This document shows positions 21,419 to 32,760 of a stretch of 64,000 nucleotides of DNA, piece after piece. The stretch is taken from NCBI GenBank assembly GCA_963724295.1, contig CAVRUC010000001.1, positions 32,001 to 96,000 of the forward strand. The letters run 5' to 3'. The position numbers and the translations under genes are program-made. The notes under the pieces are model-generated. The model was given only the letters and a program-made list of their open reading frames with translations. It ran no database searches and was not told the origin of the DNA. How positions within the stretch are numbered: the stretch's first letter is position 1; each line of letters opens with the position of its first letter. This stretch comes from an uncultured Chloroflexia bacterium (lineage in GTDB: Bacteria > Chloroflexota > Chloroflexia > Thermomicrobiales > UBA6265).

Positions 21419-23377
21419 CTATGCCGCGGCTGGCCGGCGCGGACCGCGAACGCGGTCGTCGCCTACGCGGCGGGTGTACTTGAGCTGGTCCAGATACTCG
21501 AGCGCGGCCTGGGCGTACTTGCGGCTGGTGCCAAAATGGTCCCGGAACTGCGACAACGTCATCGAGCCGTTGCTGTCGATGAAATCCAGGGTGCCCTGGA
21601 CGAGGGCCTCCCAGGCTTCCGGGGCGAAGTAGACGCCGTCGGCGATCTTTTTCACTTCTCTCAGGTACTCCAGCGCGGCGAGGGTCTCCGCGTCGAGCCC
21701 GTGCTCATGTGGACCGGGCGGGGTGTAGGGCTGCGCTCGGATGGCAGTCAGGTACCGATCGGCCGCGGCCCGCCTGGTCGGATCGAGTGTCATGCGGAAC
21801 GTTGGCAACCGAAGCGTTGCCCCGTCGTCGATCAGCGTGCCGGCACCGGCCATGGTGGCGACCAGGTCATCGAAGAGACGGGGTTGAACGATACCTAGCC
21901 GCCGGCGCGCGTCTTCCCGCGCCAGACCAGGTCGCAGCGGCTGGGAGGCGTGGTAGCTCCACAGCATGTCGCTGATCTGCCGGGTGAGCGATTCCAGGAG
22001 CAATGATGCGATCGCGAATTCGGTTGCTCCTGGCGCCCGCGCGGATCCACCGAGCACGACTACGTCGCCCTCCGCGATGAGCTGCGCGAGCGCCTCGTCG
22101 ACCTGCCTGGACGAGAGACCCGCGGCTCCGGCCGCGAGCTCCTTGACCTCGATCGGTCGTTGCTCGAGGGCCTGCAGCAGGATCTCATCCGGCGCACCAG
22201 CGGCCAGCGTTTCCAGCGCCGCGATGGTCTCTGGCCGGAATCGTCGGTGCCGTGGCGGATTGGGATCAACGATCTCGCCGCCACCGAGTGTCTCGCTTGG
22301 CGATGGACGTCGCACGATGAAGCGATCGTTTCTCAGCACCGCGATCGGCGCCCGAAAGCGGAGTTGCACCCAGGCGCTCTCCCCGGGATCCAGGCGCTCG
22401 CGGTCGAGCAGGGTGATGCGCGCGGGGAGCTCGGCGGCCCCGGTAAAGAAATCGATCTCGTCATTCTGCTTCAGGGCAACCGGCGCGTCGGGCAAGAGTC
22501 GAAGACGGACGTCGAGGCGCTGGCTGGGGCTCATGATCCCGGGCCGGGCCAGCACGTCGCCGCGCCGGACCTCCTCCGTGGTGATACCGGACAGGTTCAC
22601 AGCCGTGCGCCGGCCCGGTAGCGCGCGGGAAACCTTTTCCTGGTGGCTTTGCAGGCCCCGCACGCGGGCACGGCGATCGCCGGGGTACAGGCGCAGCTCA
22701 TCGCCGGTGTTGATCTCGCCCCCACTCAGCGTGCCGGTGACAACGGTACCGAATCCAGAGACGGAGAACACACGGTCCACCGGCAACCGAGGGGTGCTTC
22801 CACCGGGCGTGCCGGGCGTTGAGGACAGCACCGCTTCCAGCGTGTCCAGGAGAATCGGGAGTCCTTCGCCGGCGAGGGCGGACACCGTCACGATTGGGGC
22901 GTTCGCCATGGTCGTGGTCGAGACCAACTCGCGGACCTCTTCGCGCACCAGATCGAGCCAGTCTCCTTCCACGGCGTCGGCTTTGGTCAGTACGATCACA
23001 CCGCGGTCCACGCCAAGCAGATCGAGAATCGCCAGGTGCTCGACGGTCTGCGGCATGGGACCTTCGTCGGCCGCGACGACGAGCAACGCCGCGTCGATGC
23101 CGCCGACACCGGCCAGCATGTTCTTGATGAACCGCTCGTGACCGGGGACGTCGACGACGCTGACACTCTGACCGCCCGGCAGCGTCAGCCACGCGAACCC
23201 GAGATCGATGGTCATTGCCCGGGCTTTTTCCTCGGCGAGCCGATCGGGGTCGATGCCGGTGAGTGCTTTGACGAGCGTCGACTTCCCGTGGTCGACGTGA
23301 CCAGCCGTGCCGATCACGAATGGGCGCATGGGGGTCAGTGTGGCGATCTGTGCGTCGCTGGCAGCCGGTTGCGTCAT
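21419..23377 (-). CDS. selB: Selenocysteine-specific elongation factor SelB
   Basis: [35 protein letters not shown]-terminal winged helix [20 protein letters not shown]...TRRVGDDR. Confidence 0.97.
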   Translation of the reverse strand: MTQPAASDAQIATLTPMRPFVIGTAGHVDHGKSTLVKALTGIDPDRLAEEKARAMTIDLGFAWLTLPGGQSVSVVDVPGHERFIKNMLAGVGGIDAALLVVAADEGPMPQTVEHLAILDLLGVDRGVIVLTKADAVEGDWLDLVREEVRELVSTTTMANAPIVTVSALAGEGLPILLDTLEAVLSSTPGTPGGSTPRLPVDRVFSVSGFGTVVTGTLSGGEINTGDELRLYPGDRRARVRGLQSHQEKVSRALPGRRTAVNLSGITTEEVRRGDVLARPGIMSPSQRLDVRLRLLPDAPVALKQNDEIDFFTGAAELPARITLLDRERLDPGESAWVQLRFRAPIAVLRNDRFIVRRPSPSETLGGGEIVDPNPPRHRRFRPETIAALETLAAGAPDEILLQALEQRPIEVKELAAGAAGLSSRQVDEALAQLIAEGDVVVLGGSARAPGATEFAIASLLLESLTRQISDMLWSYHASQPLRPGLAREDARRRLGIVQPRLFDDLVATMAGAGTLIDDGATLRLPTFRMTLDPTRRAAADRYLTAIRAQPYTPPGPHEHGLDAETLAALEYLREVKKIADGVYFAPEAWEALVQGTLDFIDSNGSMTLSQFRDHFGTSRKYAQAALEYLDQLKYTRRVGDDRVRGPRRPAAA

Positions 23378-23441
23378 GATGGTGAATCAGTCATTTCCGT
23401 GCCGCCGGCGAAGAATTTCCTTCGCGGCGGTTCCCCAGAAG

Positions 23442-23480
23442 TTCAAACTCTTTAAACCCTTCAAACTCTTCATACTCTTC
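23442..23480. repeat. AT-rich 9-mer tandem repeat (TTCAAACTC x ~4) upstream of selB
   Basis: TTCAAACTC TTTAAACCC TTCAAACTC TTCATACTC TTC. Confidence 0.7.
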
Positions 23481-23636
23481 GCGTCGAGCATCGTGCGGTC
23501 CCGGCCTTCAGCTGGTGACCGGTCGCCTTGCCGTGATCTTTCCGGATGTGCCAGACCGTTCTCTCACTATCGTACTGAAAGAAGGGGAGGGTGAAGGCTT
23601 TCCGCCCTCATAGACAATGCTCGACCGGATCCGGAA

Positions 23637-24524
23637 TCAGGCAGTCACCATGGCGCGAAGAAGCTCGCCATCGAACCACCCGCCCCCGACCGGAACGGCG
23701 AATCCGCCCACCTCGATGCGCGTCGCACTGTCGGCATCGCCTGAGACACGCGCGAAAAGCTCGCTCGGCCGGCCGATCTCGGCGCCCTGTGCGATGCGGA
23801 TCTCTGTGTCCCACGGGATGCGCCCGTGGCGAGCAAGATGCAACGCCAGGGGTCCGGCGGCGGAGCCCGTTGCGGCGTCCTCGGCGATATCATCGGCCGG
23901 CGCGAACATGCGTGTCTTCCAGGCGAGACCCGATCCGGAAAAGACGTTGAACCCCATGAGCGGCGTGCCGGATGCCGCGGCGAGCGCACTCAGGGTAGAG
24001 AAGTCCGGTTTGAGCGCGGCGACGTCGTGCGGGCGCTCCAGCATGACATAGACGTGTTGAAGACCGTTGTCGTAGATGGTCACCGGGAGGATGGACCGCT
24101 CGACACCGAGGGCGCGGATAACATCGTCGGCCTTGTCATAAAGCTCGAACGCCGGAATCGGCTGCTCCATCACTCCGCGCGTGGCTGGAACCGCCGCGCG
24201 GTCGATGCCCACCGGGACCGGTCCTCGCCCCGTCTCCAGGACGACGCGGTCTTTGCCGAGATTCGTTGCTACGACGACCGCCGTTCCCAGCACCGGATGC
24301 CCGGCGAACGGCACTTCGCTCGTCGGAGTGAAGATCCGAATTCGGGCGTCGGCGCCCTCCAGCTCGGGGTAGACAAAGACGGTCTCTGAGTAGCCGATCT
24401 CGAGCGCGAGTGGTTGCAGGAGTGACTCGGGGATGCCTGCCGCGTCCTCGAAGACGGCGAGCTGGTTTCCTGCCAGCGGGCGTTCGGTAAAAACGTCGAC
24501 GAGGCGAAATGGCCAGCGTTCCAC
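23637..24524 (-). CDS. PhzF-family isomerase/epimerase
   Basis: [53 protein letters not shown]. Confidence 0.93.
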   Translation of the reverse strand: MERWPFRLVDVFTERPLAGNQLAVFEDAAGIPESLLQPLALEIGYSETVFVYPELEGADARIRIFTPTSEVPFAGHPVLGTAVVVATNLGKDRVVLETGRGPVPVGIDRAAVPATRGVMEQPIPAFELYDKADDVIRALGVERSILPVTIYDNGLQHVYVMLERPHDVAALKPDFSTLSALAAASGTPLMGFNVFSGSGLAWKTRMFAPADDIAEDAATGSAAGPLALHLARHGRIPWDTEIRIAQGAEIGRPSELFARVSGDADSATRIEVGGFAVPVGGGWFDGELLRAMVTA

Positions 24525-24532
24525 GGGTCCTC

Positions 24533-25579
<1,047 letters not shown>

Positions 25580-25605
25580 CGCGGTCTCCTATCACTGCGG
25601 GCAAC

Positions 25606-25630
25606 AAAAAACCGAGGTCTATGCCTCGGT
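25606..25630 (-). terminator. Intrinsic terminator in the aroF leader (attenuator)
   Basis: Minus strand ACCGAGG-CATAGA-CCTCGGT-TTTTT, lying between the leader ORF and the aroF SD. Confidence 0.85.
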
Positions 25631-25662
25631 CCCCCGGCGCTGCGTTCTGGTCTACTGGGACG

Positions 25663-25797
25663 TTAGTGGCTCATCGCCTCCCGTCCCGCCAGCAGCGCCG
25701 GGGGAACGTAGCCAAAAAAGACGAAGCCGTACCAGCGGGCGGCAGCCGGCCCGTGGTCGCGGATGGTCTTGCTTGGAGTCCCGACGCTTCTGTGCAT
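25663..25797 (-). CDS. Aromatic-amino-acid leader peptide (44 aa) of the aroF attenuator
   Basis: MHRSVGTPSKTIRDHGPAAARWYGFVFFGYVPPALLAGREAMSH. All six aromatic residues fall in one 9-codon block; the ATG is 7 nt after a -10 box. Confidence 0.8.
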   Translation of the reverse strand: MHRSVGTPSKTIRDHGPAAARWYGFVFFGYVPPALLAGREAMSH

Positions 25798-25803
25798 GGC
25801 CGC

Positions 25804-25832
25804 ACGGTAGCGGGGAAACCCACATCTGTCAA
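25804..25832 (-). promoter_or_regulatory. Sigma-70-type promoter of the aroF leader
   Basis: TTGACA (25832-25827), 17 nt spacer, TACCGT (25809-25804). Confidence 0.75.
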
Positions 25833-25858
25833 GCCGCTCGTCCAGTAGACTCTGGGCT

Positions 25859-26530
25859 TTGCGCGAGATTCGACTGGAGAGACTCGTGACATCGGCGGAG
25901 GGAGGCCCCTCGCCTTTGCGCTTGACGCGCAGCCCGCGTCTGGACAATGCGCTGCGACTGGGCTGGGAATCGTTCTCGCGCACGCTCGCGGCCGCGGGCC
26001 CGGAGGAGGCCGCGCGCTGGCTCTCTGCCAGAACCGGCGATCCAGAGCTGGCTGAAGTCGCCGAGTCGCTTCTGGGGTCGGCGCTCGGCGGCGATCCGGA
26101 CGAGGCGGCGGATGCGTTATTCGGCCTCGCCGAACTGGCCGAGGAGACCGAGGACGATCTCCTGGCCGATACCCTCTGGGAGGGGGTGCTCGACCTGTCC
26201 CGGAGGGCGGATGACGGGGATCTCATGGCCGAGGCGACGCGGCGTCTTGCCGCGGTAGCGGAGCGGAACGGGGATCCTCTCGCCGCGGCCGAGTTCTTCA
26301 TCGAGTTTCTCACCTGGCGTCGTCAGCCGGAGCATTCCTCCGACCCCGAGGACGTCGAGGTCGCCTTCGATGAGATCGTGCGGCTGGCGACCGCCGATGG
26401 GGCGCAGCAGGCTGCCGCGCAGTACGCCTATTGCCAGGTCGGGTTCACGAAGCTCCTCGAAGCGGACGACCCGCGAGCGGTCGAAGGCGACTGGGAGGCC
26501 GACCCGCTTCCGTATCAAACGTGGTCCTAG
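25859..26530 (+). CDS. Hypothetical alpha-helical protein (start uncertain)
   Basis: 223-aa A/E/L-rich ORF with coding-like codon usage. Confidence 0.7.
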   Translation: MREIRLERLVTSAEGGPSPLRLTRSPRLDNALRLGWESFSRTLAAAGPEEAARWLSARTGDPELAEVAESLLGSALGGDPDEAADALFGLAELAEETEDDLLADTLWEGVLDLSRRADDGDLMAEATRRLAAVAERNGDPLAAAEFFIEFLTWRRQPEHSSDPEDVEVAFDEIVRLATADGAQQAAAQYAYCQVGFTKLLEADDPRAVEGDWEADPLPYQTWS

Positions 26531-26619
26531 GCAGGTGAAATGCCCCCCGCTGCTTTCGCGCCGCCGCCGGGCGTGGCACAATGCCGAATTGAATCATCGC
26601 CAACACTCTGGAGTACACC

Positions 26620-26970
26620 GTGAAGGTCACTGAAGGTTTACAGATCATCCGCCAACGCCTCGTCGAAAACGGGGCCACAGCCGAGACGTTGACCCTGGTC
26701 GACACGATCATGCAGCGAGCGTCGCTGCCTGCCGCGGCTTCCGCCTCGACGCAATCGCTCTTGCAGCTCGTGCGCATGCTGGCGCGCTCGCCGGTCGCCA
26801 GCAACAACATCGCCGTCTACAACGATCTGCTCCGCCTTGAGGAGGATCTTCAGTCGGCGGCGCAGCAGTATCACGAGCGGATGGAGGCGGAGGAATCAAA
26901 ACCGATTCCGAAGACAAAGAAGCACTACAAGCAGATCAAAGAGCGCGAGGAGCGCAAGAGCCGCACCTGA
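26620..26970 (+). CDS. Hypothetical protein (116 aa)
   Basis: GGAG SD before GTG; helical, with a basic C-terminus. Confidence 0.7.
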   Translation: MKVTEGLQIIRQRLVENGATAETLTLVDTIMQRASLPAAASASTQSLLQLVRMLARSPVASNNIAVYNDLLRLEEDLQSAAQQYHERMEAEESKPIPKTKKHYKQIKEREERKSRT

Positions 26971-27048
26971 GCCGGGGTGCAGACCGGGCGACAAATCCAG
27001 GATCGAGTCCAGACGCGAGAAACCGATAAGCGAGAAGGAGACCGGGTG

Positions 27049-28347
27049 ATGGCGCAAGTCCTCGAACGCGTGCAAGAGATGCTCAATCCGGCGGAGATCA
27101 TGCCGCGTGTTATCGGACGGTACTCGTCGCTCCACATCGACCACGGCAAGGGCGTCTATGTCTGGGATGTCAACGGCGAGCGCTACGCCGACTTCACATC
27201 AGGAATTGCGGTGGTCAATACCGGCCACTGCCATCCCCGGGTGGTGGCGGCGATCCAGGACCAGGCCGCTCGAATTATTCACGCGCAGGCGAACATCCTG
27301 GCTCACTCCCCGATGCTGCGCGCCGCCAAGCTCCTCACCGAGACGACCGCACCGAACCTCAACCAGGTCTTTTGGACAAATAGCGGCGCCGAGGCGACGG
27401 AGGGAGCGATCAAGCTGGCCAAGGTCGCTACGGGGCGGCCCGCCATCATCGCCTTCCGCCATGCATTCCACGGCCGGACCCACGCCGCGATGGCGGTGAC
27501 CTCCTCGCGGGTGAAGGTGCGTGGACATTACGAGCCTCTAATTCCCAGCGTCTACCACGCGCCGTTCCCCTATATGTTCCGCAGCCCCTACAAGGGCGCA
27601 CCGGAGGATGCCGATCTCTACTACTTCGCCGAGCTGGAGGCGCTTTTCGACCAGATGGTGATGCCGGACGATGTCGCCGGCATCCTGATCGAGACCGTGG
27701 TCGGTGAGGGCGGCTATCTCGTCCCGACCAGGCGCTGGCTGCAAATGGTGCGGGCGTTGTGCGACAAGCACGGCATCATGCTCATCCTCGACGAGGTCCA
27801 GTCCGGGATGGGGCGGACCGGGAAGATGTGGGCCTACGAGCACTTCGACGTCGTGCCGGACATCATGACCACGGCAAAAGGTCTGGCCTCCGGGATGCCG
27901 GTGGCGGCGGTGGTTGCGGATCGCGCGCAGATGGACAAGTGGGCACCCGGCTCACACGGCGGAACCTACGGTGGCAACGCGGTCGGGACCGCGGCCGCGG
28001 CCGCGACCCTCGAGGTGATGCGCGACGAGGACCTGCCGGGGAATGCCGCCCGCATGGGTGCGATTCTGATCGAAGGCCTGCGCGAGATTCAGGCCGACTA
28101 CCCGATCATTGGCGATGTGCGCGGGCTCGGACTGATGGTCGCCACCGAGTTTGTAAATCCTGACGGCTCGCCGAACCCCGAGGCGGTGAAGCAGGTCGTG
28201 GCGCAAGCCTTCGCGGAGAAGACGCTCCTGATCACCTGTGGCACCTACGATCAGGCAATCCGGATCGTACCGCCGCTGGTCGTGAACGAAGAGCAGATTC
28301 GCGACTTTCTCGACGTCTACCGGCGGGCCGTGGCATCCGTCGGCTGA
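27049..28347 (+). CDS. Class III PLP aminotransferase (4-aminobutyrate aminotransferase-like)
   Basis: DFTSGIAV, NSGAEATE, AFHGRT, ILDEVQSGMGRTG, TTAKGLASG, GTYGGN; SD AAGGAG. Confidence 0.93.
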   Translation: MAQVLERVQEMLNPAEIMPRVIGRYSSLHIDHGKGVYVWDVNGERYADFTSGIAVVNTGHCHPRVVAAIQDQAARIIHAQANILAHSPMLRAAKLLTETTAPNLNQVFWTNSGAEATEGAIKLAKVATGRPAIIAFRHAFHGRTHAAMAVTSSRVKVRGHYEPLIPSVYHAPFPYMFRSPYKGAPEDADLYYFAELEALFDQMVMPDDVAGILIETVVGEGGYLVPTRRWLQMVRALCDKHGIMLILDEVQSGMGRTGKMWAYEHFDVVPDIMTTAKGLASGMPVAAVVADRAQMDKWAPGSHGGTYGGNAVGTAAAAATLEVMRDEDLPGNAARMGAILIEGLREIQADYPIIGDVRGLGLMVATEFVNPDGSPNPEAVKQVVAQAFAEKTLLITCGTYDQAIRIVPPLVVNEEQIRDFLDVYRRAVASVG

Positions 28348-28398
28348 CATCCCGGGGCGCGGGTTCCGTTCCTTAGACCGTCGCCCTCGCCCCGCGAA

Positions 28399-28523
28399 CC
28401 CTCACCCCTAACCCCCTCTCCTGTCTCCGACGGGAGAGGGGGCTTTCTCGTGCAGCCACCGTCCGTGCTCCCTTCTCCCCGCTCCGAGGGGGCTAGGGGA
28501 AGAGAAGGGTGGGGGATGAGAGG
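28399..28523. repeat. CCCTCACCCC/CCCTCTCC...GGGAGAGGG-type REP-like palindromic element
   Basis: CCCTCACCCCTAACCCCCTCTCC...GGGAGAGGGGG, then an inverted degenerate copy ending GGGGGATGAGAGG. Confidence 0.65.
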
Positions 28524-28578
28524 TTGCCCCTCGGCTATCATTGCCGCCAGCTAATGTGAGATTCGAGGATTCCATGCG

Positions 28579-29673
28579 ATGAACTCGTTTCTGGACACCC
28601 TGGTCGATATCGAGAGCCGCTTCGACGAGCTCGAGCAGCTGATGGCCGATCCCACGGTCACCGCCGATCACTTGCGCCTGCAGGAGATCGGCCGCGAACG
28701 CGCGGAGCTGGACGGGGTGGTGACCGCGTTCCGCCAACTGCGTGATACGGACGCGGCGATAGCGGAAACAGAGGTATTGGCGGCGGATCCCGAGATGGCC
28801 GACCTTGCCGCCGAGGAGCTGCGGGCACTGCGTGATCGTCACCAGACGCTGATGGACCAGGTGCGCACGTTGCTCATTCCAAAGGATCCCAACGACGACA
28901 AGAATGTCATTGTCGAGATCCGGGCCGGCACCGGAGGCGATGAGGCGGCGCTCTTTGCCGCCGACCTGTTCCGGATGTACACCCGCTTCGCGGAACGCAA
29001 TCGTTGGAAGACTGAGATCTTGTCGGCGACGGAAACCGATGGCGGAGGCTTTCGAGAGATCATCTTCGAAGTACGGGGCAAGGGCGCCTACAGCCATCTC
29101 CGCTACGAAAGCGGGGTGCACCGCGTGCAGCGGGTGCCGGCGACCGAGCGCCAAGGTCGAATTCACACCTCCACCGCCAGCGTCGCCGTCTTGCCTGAAG
29201 CGGAGGAAGTCGATATCCAGGTCAATGACAATGATCTGCGTGTCGACGTCTATCGCTCGACCGGGCACGGTGGGCAGAGCGTCAACACCACCGACTCGGC
29301 GGTTCGCATCACCCACCTGCCGACCGGCATCGTCGTCACCTGCCAGGATGAAAAGTCGCAGCTCAAGAACAAGACCAAGGCGATGACCGTTCTCCGCTCG
29401 CGGCTCTACGAGATGGAGCAGCAGCGCCTTTCACAGGAGCGGGGTGACGCGCGCCGCTCCCAGATTGGGAGTGGCGACCGCTCGGAGAAGATCCGCACCT
29501 ACAACTTCCCCCAGGATCGCATCACCGACCATCGCGTCAATCTCAGCCTGAGCAATATTCCAGGTGTCCTCGATGGGCAGATCGACCCCCTGGTGAACGA
29601 GCTTCGCAACGCGGACGAGGCTGAGCGTCTGCGTGAGGCTGGCCTCGAGGAGCAAAGCGCCGCCGCCGACTGA
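28579..29673 (+). CDS. prfA: Peptide chain release factor 1
   Basis: GGQ motif ([15 protein letters not shown]), PxT motif (VPAT), [20 protein letters not shown]. Confidence 0.98.
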   Translation: MNSFLDTLVDIESRFDELEQLMADPTVTADHLRLQEIGRERAELDGVVTAFRQLRDTDAAIAETEVLAADPEMADLAAEELRALRDRHQTLMDQVRTLLIPKDPNDDKNVIVEIRAGTGGDEAALFAADLFRMYTRFAERNRWKTEILSATETDGGGFREIIFEVRGKGAYSHLRYESGVHRVQRVPATERQGRIHTSTASVAVLPEAEEVDIQVNDNDLRVDVYRSTGHGGQSVNTTDSAVRITHLPTGIVVTCQDEKSQLKNKTKAMTVLRSRLYEMEQQRLSQERGDARRSQIGSGDRSEKIRTYNFPQDRITDHRVNLSLSNIPGVLDGQIDPLVNELRNADEAERLREAGLEEQSAAAD

Positions 29674-29744
29674 GCGGCCCCGCCGAGCCCCTGTGCTATC
29701 GTTTTTGGCCGTTGGGTGGTGCACGTTTGCGGGAGAAAAGTTTG

Positions 29745-31019
29745 ATGGTCGACGCGCTTGCTATGACCCGGCAGCGTCCGGTTCCCGAGTCTCCAGTCAG
29801 TCCGGAAGAGGTGGCCGGGACCCGGAGGCCGACACTGCAAGCATGCGTGCTGCCACCCCGCACGTTCCACGACCAGGACGTCTTCGACTACGAGCAGGAT
29901 GCCTGGTTTGCCGGTGGCTGGGTCAGCGTCGGTCGCGCCGAAGATGCGGAGACGGCGGGGCAGTACTTCCTGGCGCCGGTGGCCGGCGAAAATCTCATCA
30001 TCGTCCGCGGCAACGACGGCGAATTGCGCGGTTTCTACAACGTCTGCCGGCATCGCGGAGCGACGATCGTCGAAGAGGAGTCTGGCACGCTGCCGCGGTT
30101 TCAGTGCCCGTACCATGCCTGGATTTACGATCTGCAAGGGGCGCTCAAGCAGCCGCGACACACGGAGCTGCTGGTCGATTTCGACCCGGACAAGTGGGGT
30201 CTCATTCCGGTACGCGTCGACACCTGGCAGGGGATCGTCTACGCCGATCTGTCGGGCAGCGCGGAGCCGCTGCACGACTTCCTAGGTGACATCGTCTCGA
30301 CGTTCGATCGGTTCGATCTCGGTTCGCTACGTCGGGTGCGGCGCATCGACTATGACGTCAAGGCAAACTGGAAGGCCATCGTCGAGAATTACCAGGAGTG
30401 CTACCACTGCCCCGGCGTCCATCCCCAGCTGAACCGCATCACGCCGTACACCTCGGGGAGCTATCTGCCATCAGATGGCGCGGCGATGAACAGCTACATG
30501 GAGGTTCTGCCGCAGTACGAGACGCTGTCGATGACGGGCGCGGCGGACGGCCGGGACCCGATGCCGGGGATGACCGAGGACGACCACAAGCGCGTCTACT
30601 ACTCCGCGATCTGGCCCAACGTGCTGTTCAGCTTGCACCCCGACTACTTGATGTTGCATTGGGTCACGCCGCTGGAACCGGGCCGCACGCTGGTGCGGTG
30701 CGAGTGGTTCTTCGATCCGCGGGAGATGGCCAAACCGGATTTCAACCCGGACGAAGCGATCGAGTTCTGGGACCTCACCAACCGCCAGGACTGGCATGTC
30801 TGTGAACTGCAGCAGCAGGGGACCAGGTCACGCGCGTACACGCCCGGCCGGTACTCCTCGATGGAGAGCAGCGTCCACGGTTTCGATCTGATGGTCGCCG
30901 ACCGCTACGCGAACGACGGCGTCGTGACGCCCCAGGGACGAGTCTCCAAGCAGGAAAGCAGCGCGGCCATCAAGGATCGCGCCAAGCGCCTGGCTCAGGG
31001 CAACGCCGCGGCTGACTGA
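29745..31019 (+). CDS. Rieske non-heme iron oxygenase alpha subunit (glycine-betaine/choline oxygenase-like)
   Basis: NVCRHRG...CPYHAW Rieske motif; NWKAIVENYQECYHCPGVH; TNRQDW. Confidence 0.9.
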   Translation: MVDALAMTRQRPVPESPVSPEEVAGTRRPTLQACVLPPRTFHDQDVFDYEQDAWFAGGWVSVGRAEDAETAGQYFLAPVAGENLIIVRGNDGELRGFYNVCRHRGATIVEEESGTLPRFQCPYHAWIYDLQGALKQPRHTELLVDFDPDKWGLIPVRVDTWQGIVYADLSGSAEPLHDFLGDIVSTFDRFDLGSLRRVRRIDYDVKANWKAIVENYQECYHCPGVHPQLNRITPYTSGSYLPSDGAAMNSYMEVLPQYETLSMTGAADGRDPMPGMTEDDHKRVYYSAIWPNVLFSLHPDYLMLHWVTPLEPGRTLVRCEWFFDPREMAKPDFNPDEAIEFWDLTNRQDWHVCELQQQGTRSRAYTPGRYSSMESSVHGFDLMVADRYANDGVVTPQGRVSKQESSAAIKDRAKRLAQGNAAAD

Positions 31020-31020
31020 C

Positions 31021-31179
31021 GGGGGTGATTGCTCCCTGCGGGAGCGGTGTAAGGGTGATTACTCGCTGCGCTCGTGGTGACAGGGTCGCGGGGTTCGGGG
31101 TGTTGAGCAGTCGTTCTGCCGGTCACCCTGCCACCCTGTGACCCAGCCACCCATCACCCGACACCCACTACCCAACACC
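31021..31179. repeat. GGGTGAT(A)-family intergenic repeat, copy D
   Basis: Core GGGTGATTACTCGCTGCGCTCGTGGTG at 31053-31079; mirrored CACCC units downstream. Confidence 0.85.
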
Positions 31180-31186
31180 GTCGTCT

Positions 31187-32530
31187 CTAGTCGCTTCCGG
31201 TCATCTCGAAGATGTCGCCGCCGGCGCAGAGCTGGGCGCGGTGACCTTCGGCGAGGCGTCGGTAGACGTGTTTGACCTTGCGGGCGACGTTTGCCCAGTC
31301 GTAGCGCGCGACCGACGATCGCGCTGCCGCCGACATCGCCGCGCGTAGCGGCTCGTCGCTGAGGATCTTCTCCAACGCCCCGGCCAGCGCTTGCGGCGAT
31401 TGTGGCTTGACCAGGAAACCGGTCGTCCCTTCGTCGATCGTGAAGCGCAATCCCCCAACTCGTGAGGCGACGACCGGCTTGGCACAGGCCATTGCCTCGA
31501 CAGCCACCAACCCGAAAGACTCGTAGCGCGATGGCACGGCGACGACGTCGGCCGCGCCATAGAAGACGGGTAGCTGGTCTTGCGGTTGCGAGCCGACGAG
31601 GCGGAAATGGGCCGCGATGCCGCGCTGCGCGACCGATTCTGCAACGTCTGCCAGTAGGCCGACCGGAGTGCCGTCGGGGCCGAGATCACCGCCGACGATG
31701 AGGAACGTCGGCGCGGGCTCGCTTGATCCACTGGACGCCATGATCTCGGCGGCGTCGATCAAGGTGTCGATCCCCTTGATTGGGTCGATGCGGCCCACGA
31801 ACAGGACGACTCGCTCCTCCGGCGCGATGCCGATCTCCGCGCGAGATGTGTCCTTCGGTCGCGGCTGAAACAGACCGAGGTCGACACCGGGGGGGATCGT
31901 GCAGACCTTTTCGGTGGGCACGCCCATGCGCCAGATGAGATCGGCGCGCTCGTCCGGGTTGGCGGCGATGATACCGTCGCACAAGGTGAGCAGGCGCTTT
32001 TCGGTCTGGAGGCGCAGATCGGTCTCACGATCGGCGTGCGCCGCGACGGCGTTCTTCATGTGGGCTGTGGTGTGAAACATCTGCACGAAGGGTGTTTCCC
32101 AGTAGCGCCGCGCCAGCTCGGCGACCCAGCCCGACAGCCAGTAGTGGGCATGGACGACGTCATAGCGGACGCCCTCGCGAACGGAGTAGAGCGCCATCTG
32201 CTCTGCAAACTCGGGGAGAAGGGGGAAGAGCTCGTTCTTGGAGATTGGTTCCGGGGGGCCGGCGGTGACGGCAATCACATTCACGCCGGGAAAGAATTCT
32301 CTGATTTCCGGGGTGTTGGGATCGGTGCGGCGGGTGAAGATATCGACCGGCAGTCCCTGCAGTGCGAGATGACAGGCGAGCTCCCGGATGTAGACATTCA
32401 TTCCCCCCGCGTCGGTTCTGCCCAACGCGGCCAGGGGGGAGGTATGAACCGAGATCTGTGCTGCGCGGCGGAGGGGCATATCGGTCTCATAGCCGAAGAC
32501 CGACGGCCCACCATACGGGGCGACTGACAC
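31187..32530 (-). CDS. GT4 glycosyltransferase, MshA-like
   Basis: ISVHTSPLAALGRTDAGGMNVY, HAHYWLSG, FVGRIDPIKG, PSRYESFGLVAVEAMAC. Confidence 0.9.
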   Translation of the reverse strand: MSVAPYGGPSVFGYETDMPLRRAAQISVHTSPLAALGRTDAGGMNVYIRELACHLALQGLPVDIFTRRTDPNTPEIREFFPGVNVIAVTAGPPEPISKNELFPLLPEFAEQMALYSVREGVRYDVVHAHYWLSGWVAELARRYWETPFVQMFHTTAHMKNAVAAHADRETDLRLQTEKRLLTLCDGIIAANPDERADLIWRMGVPTEKVCTIPPGVDLGLFQPRPKDTSRAEIGIAPEERVVLFVGRIDPIKGIDTLIDAAEIMASSGSSEPAPTFLIVGGDLGPDGTPVGLLADVAESVAQRGIAAHFRLVGSQPQDQLPVFYGAADVVAVPSRYESFGLVAVEAMACAKPVVASRVGGLRFTIDEGTTGFLVKPQSPQALAGALEKILSDEPLRAAMSAAARSSVARYDWANVARKVKHVYRRLAEGHRAQLCAGGDIFEMTGSD

Positions 32531-32760
32531 GTTCCAGGCCTTTCCGAAATTTTCAGATCAACGATGCAAATAGCGCAGGGTCGTGAAACCAGGTCTCATC
32601 CTGCAACCGACCGAGCCGAATCCGATCGCCAGCCTGCCGAGCATACCAGCAACCGCTCAACGCCGGGCGCACGGCCCGAGTTCCCGAGGATCATTGGGAC
32701 ACCAGGTGGACATCCATCAGCACCTGGACCCTGGAGATAGGCTCGGTCGGGGTTGGCGGC

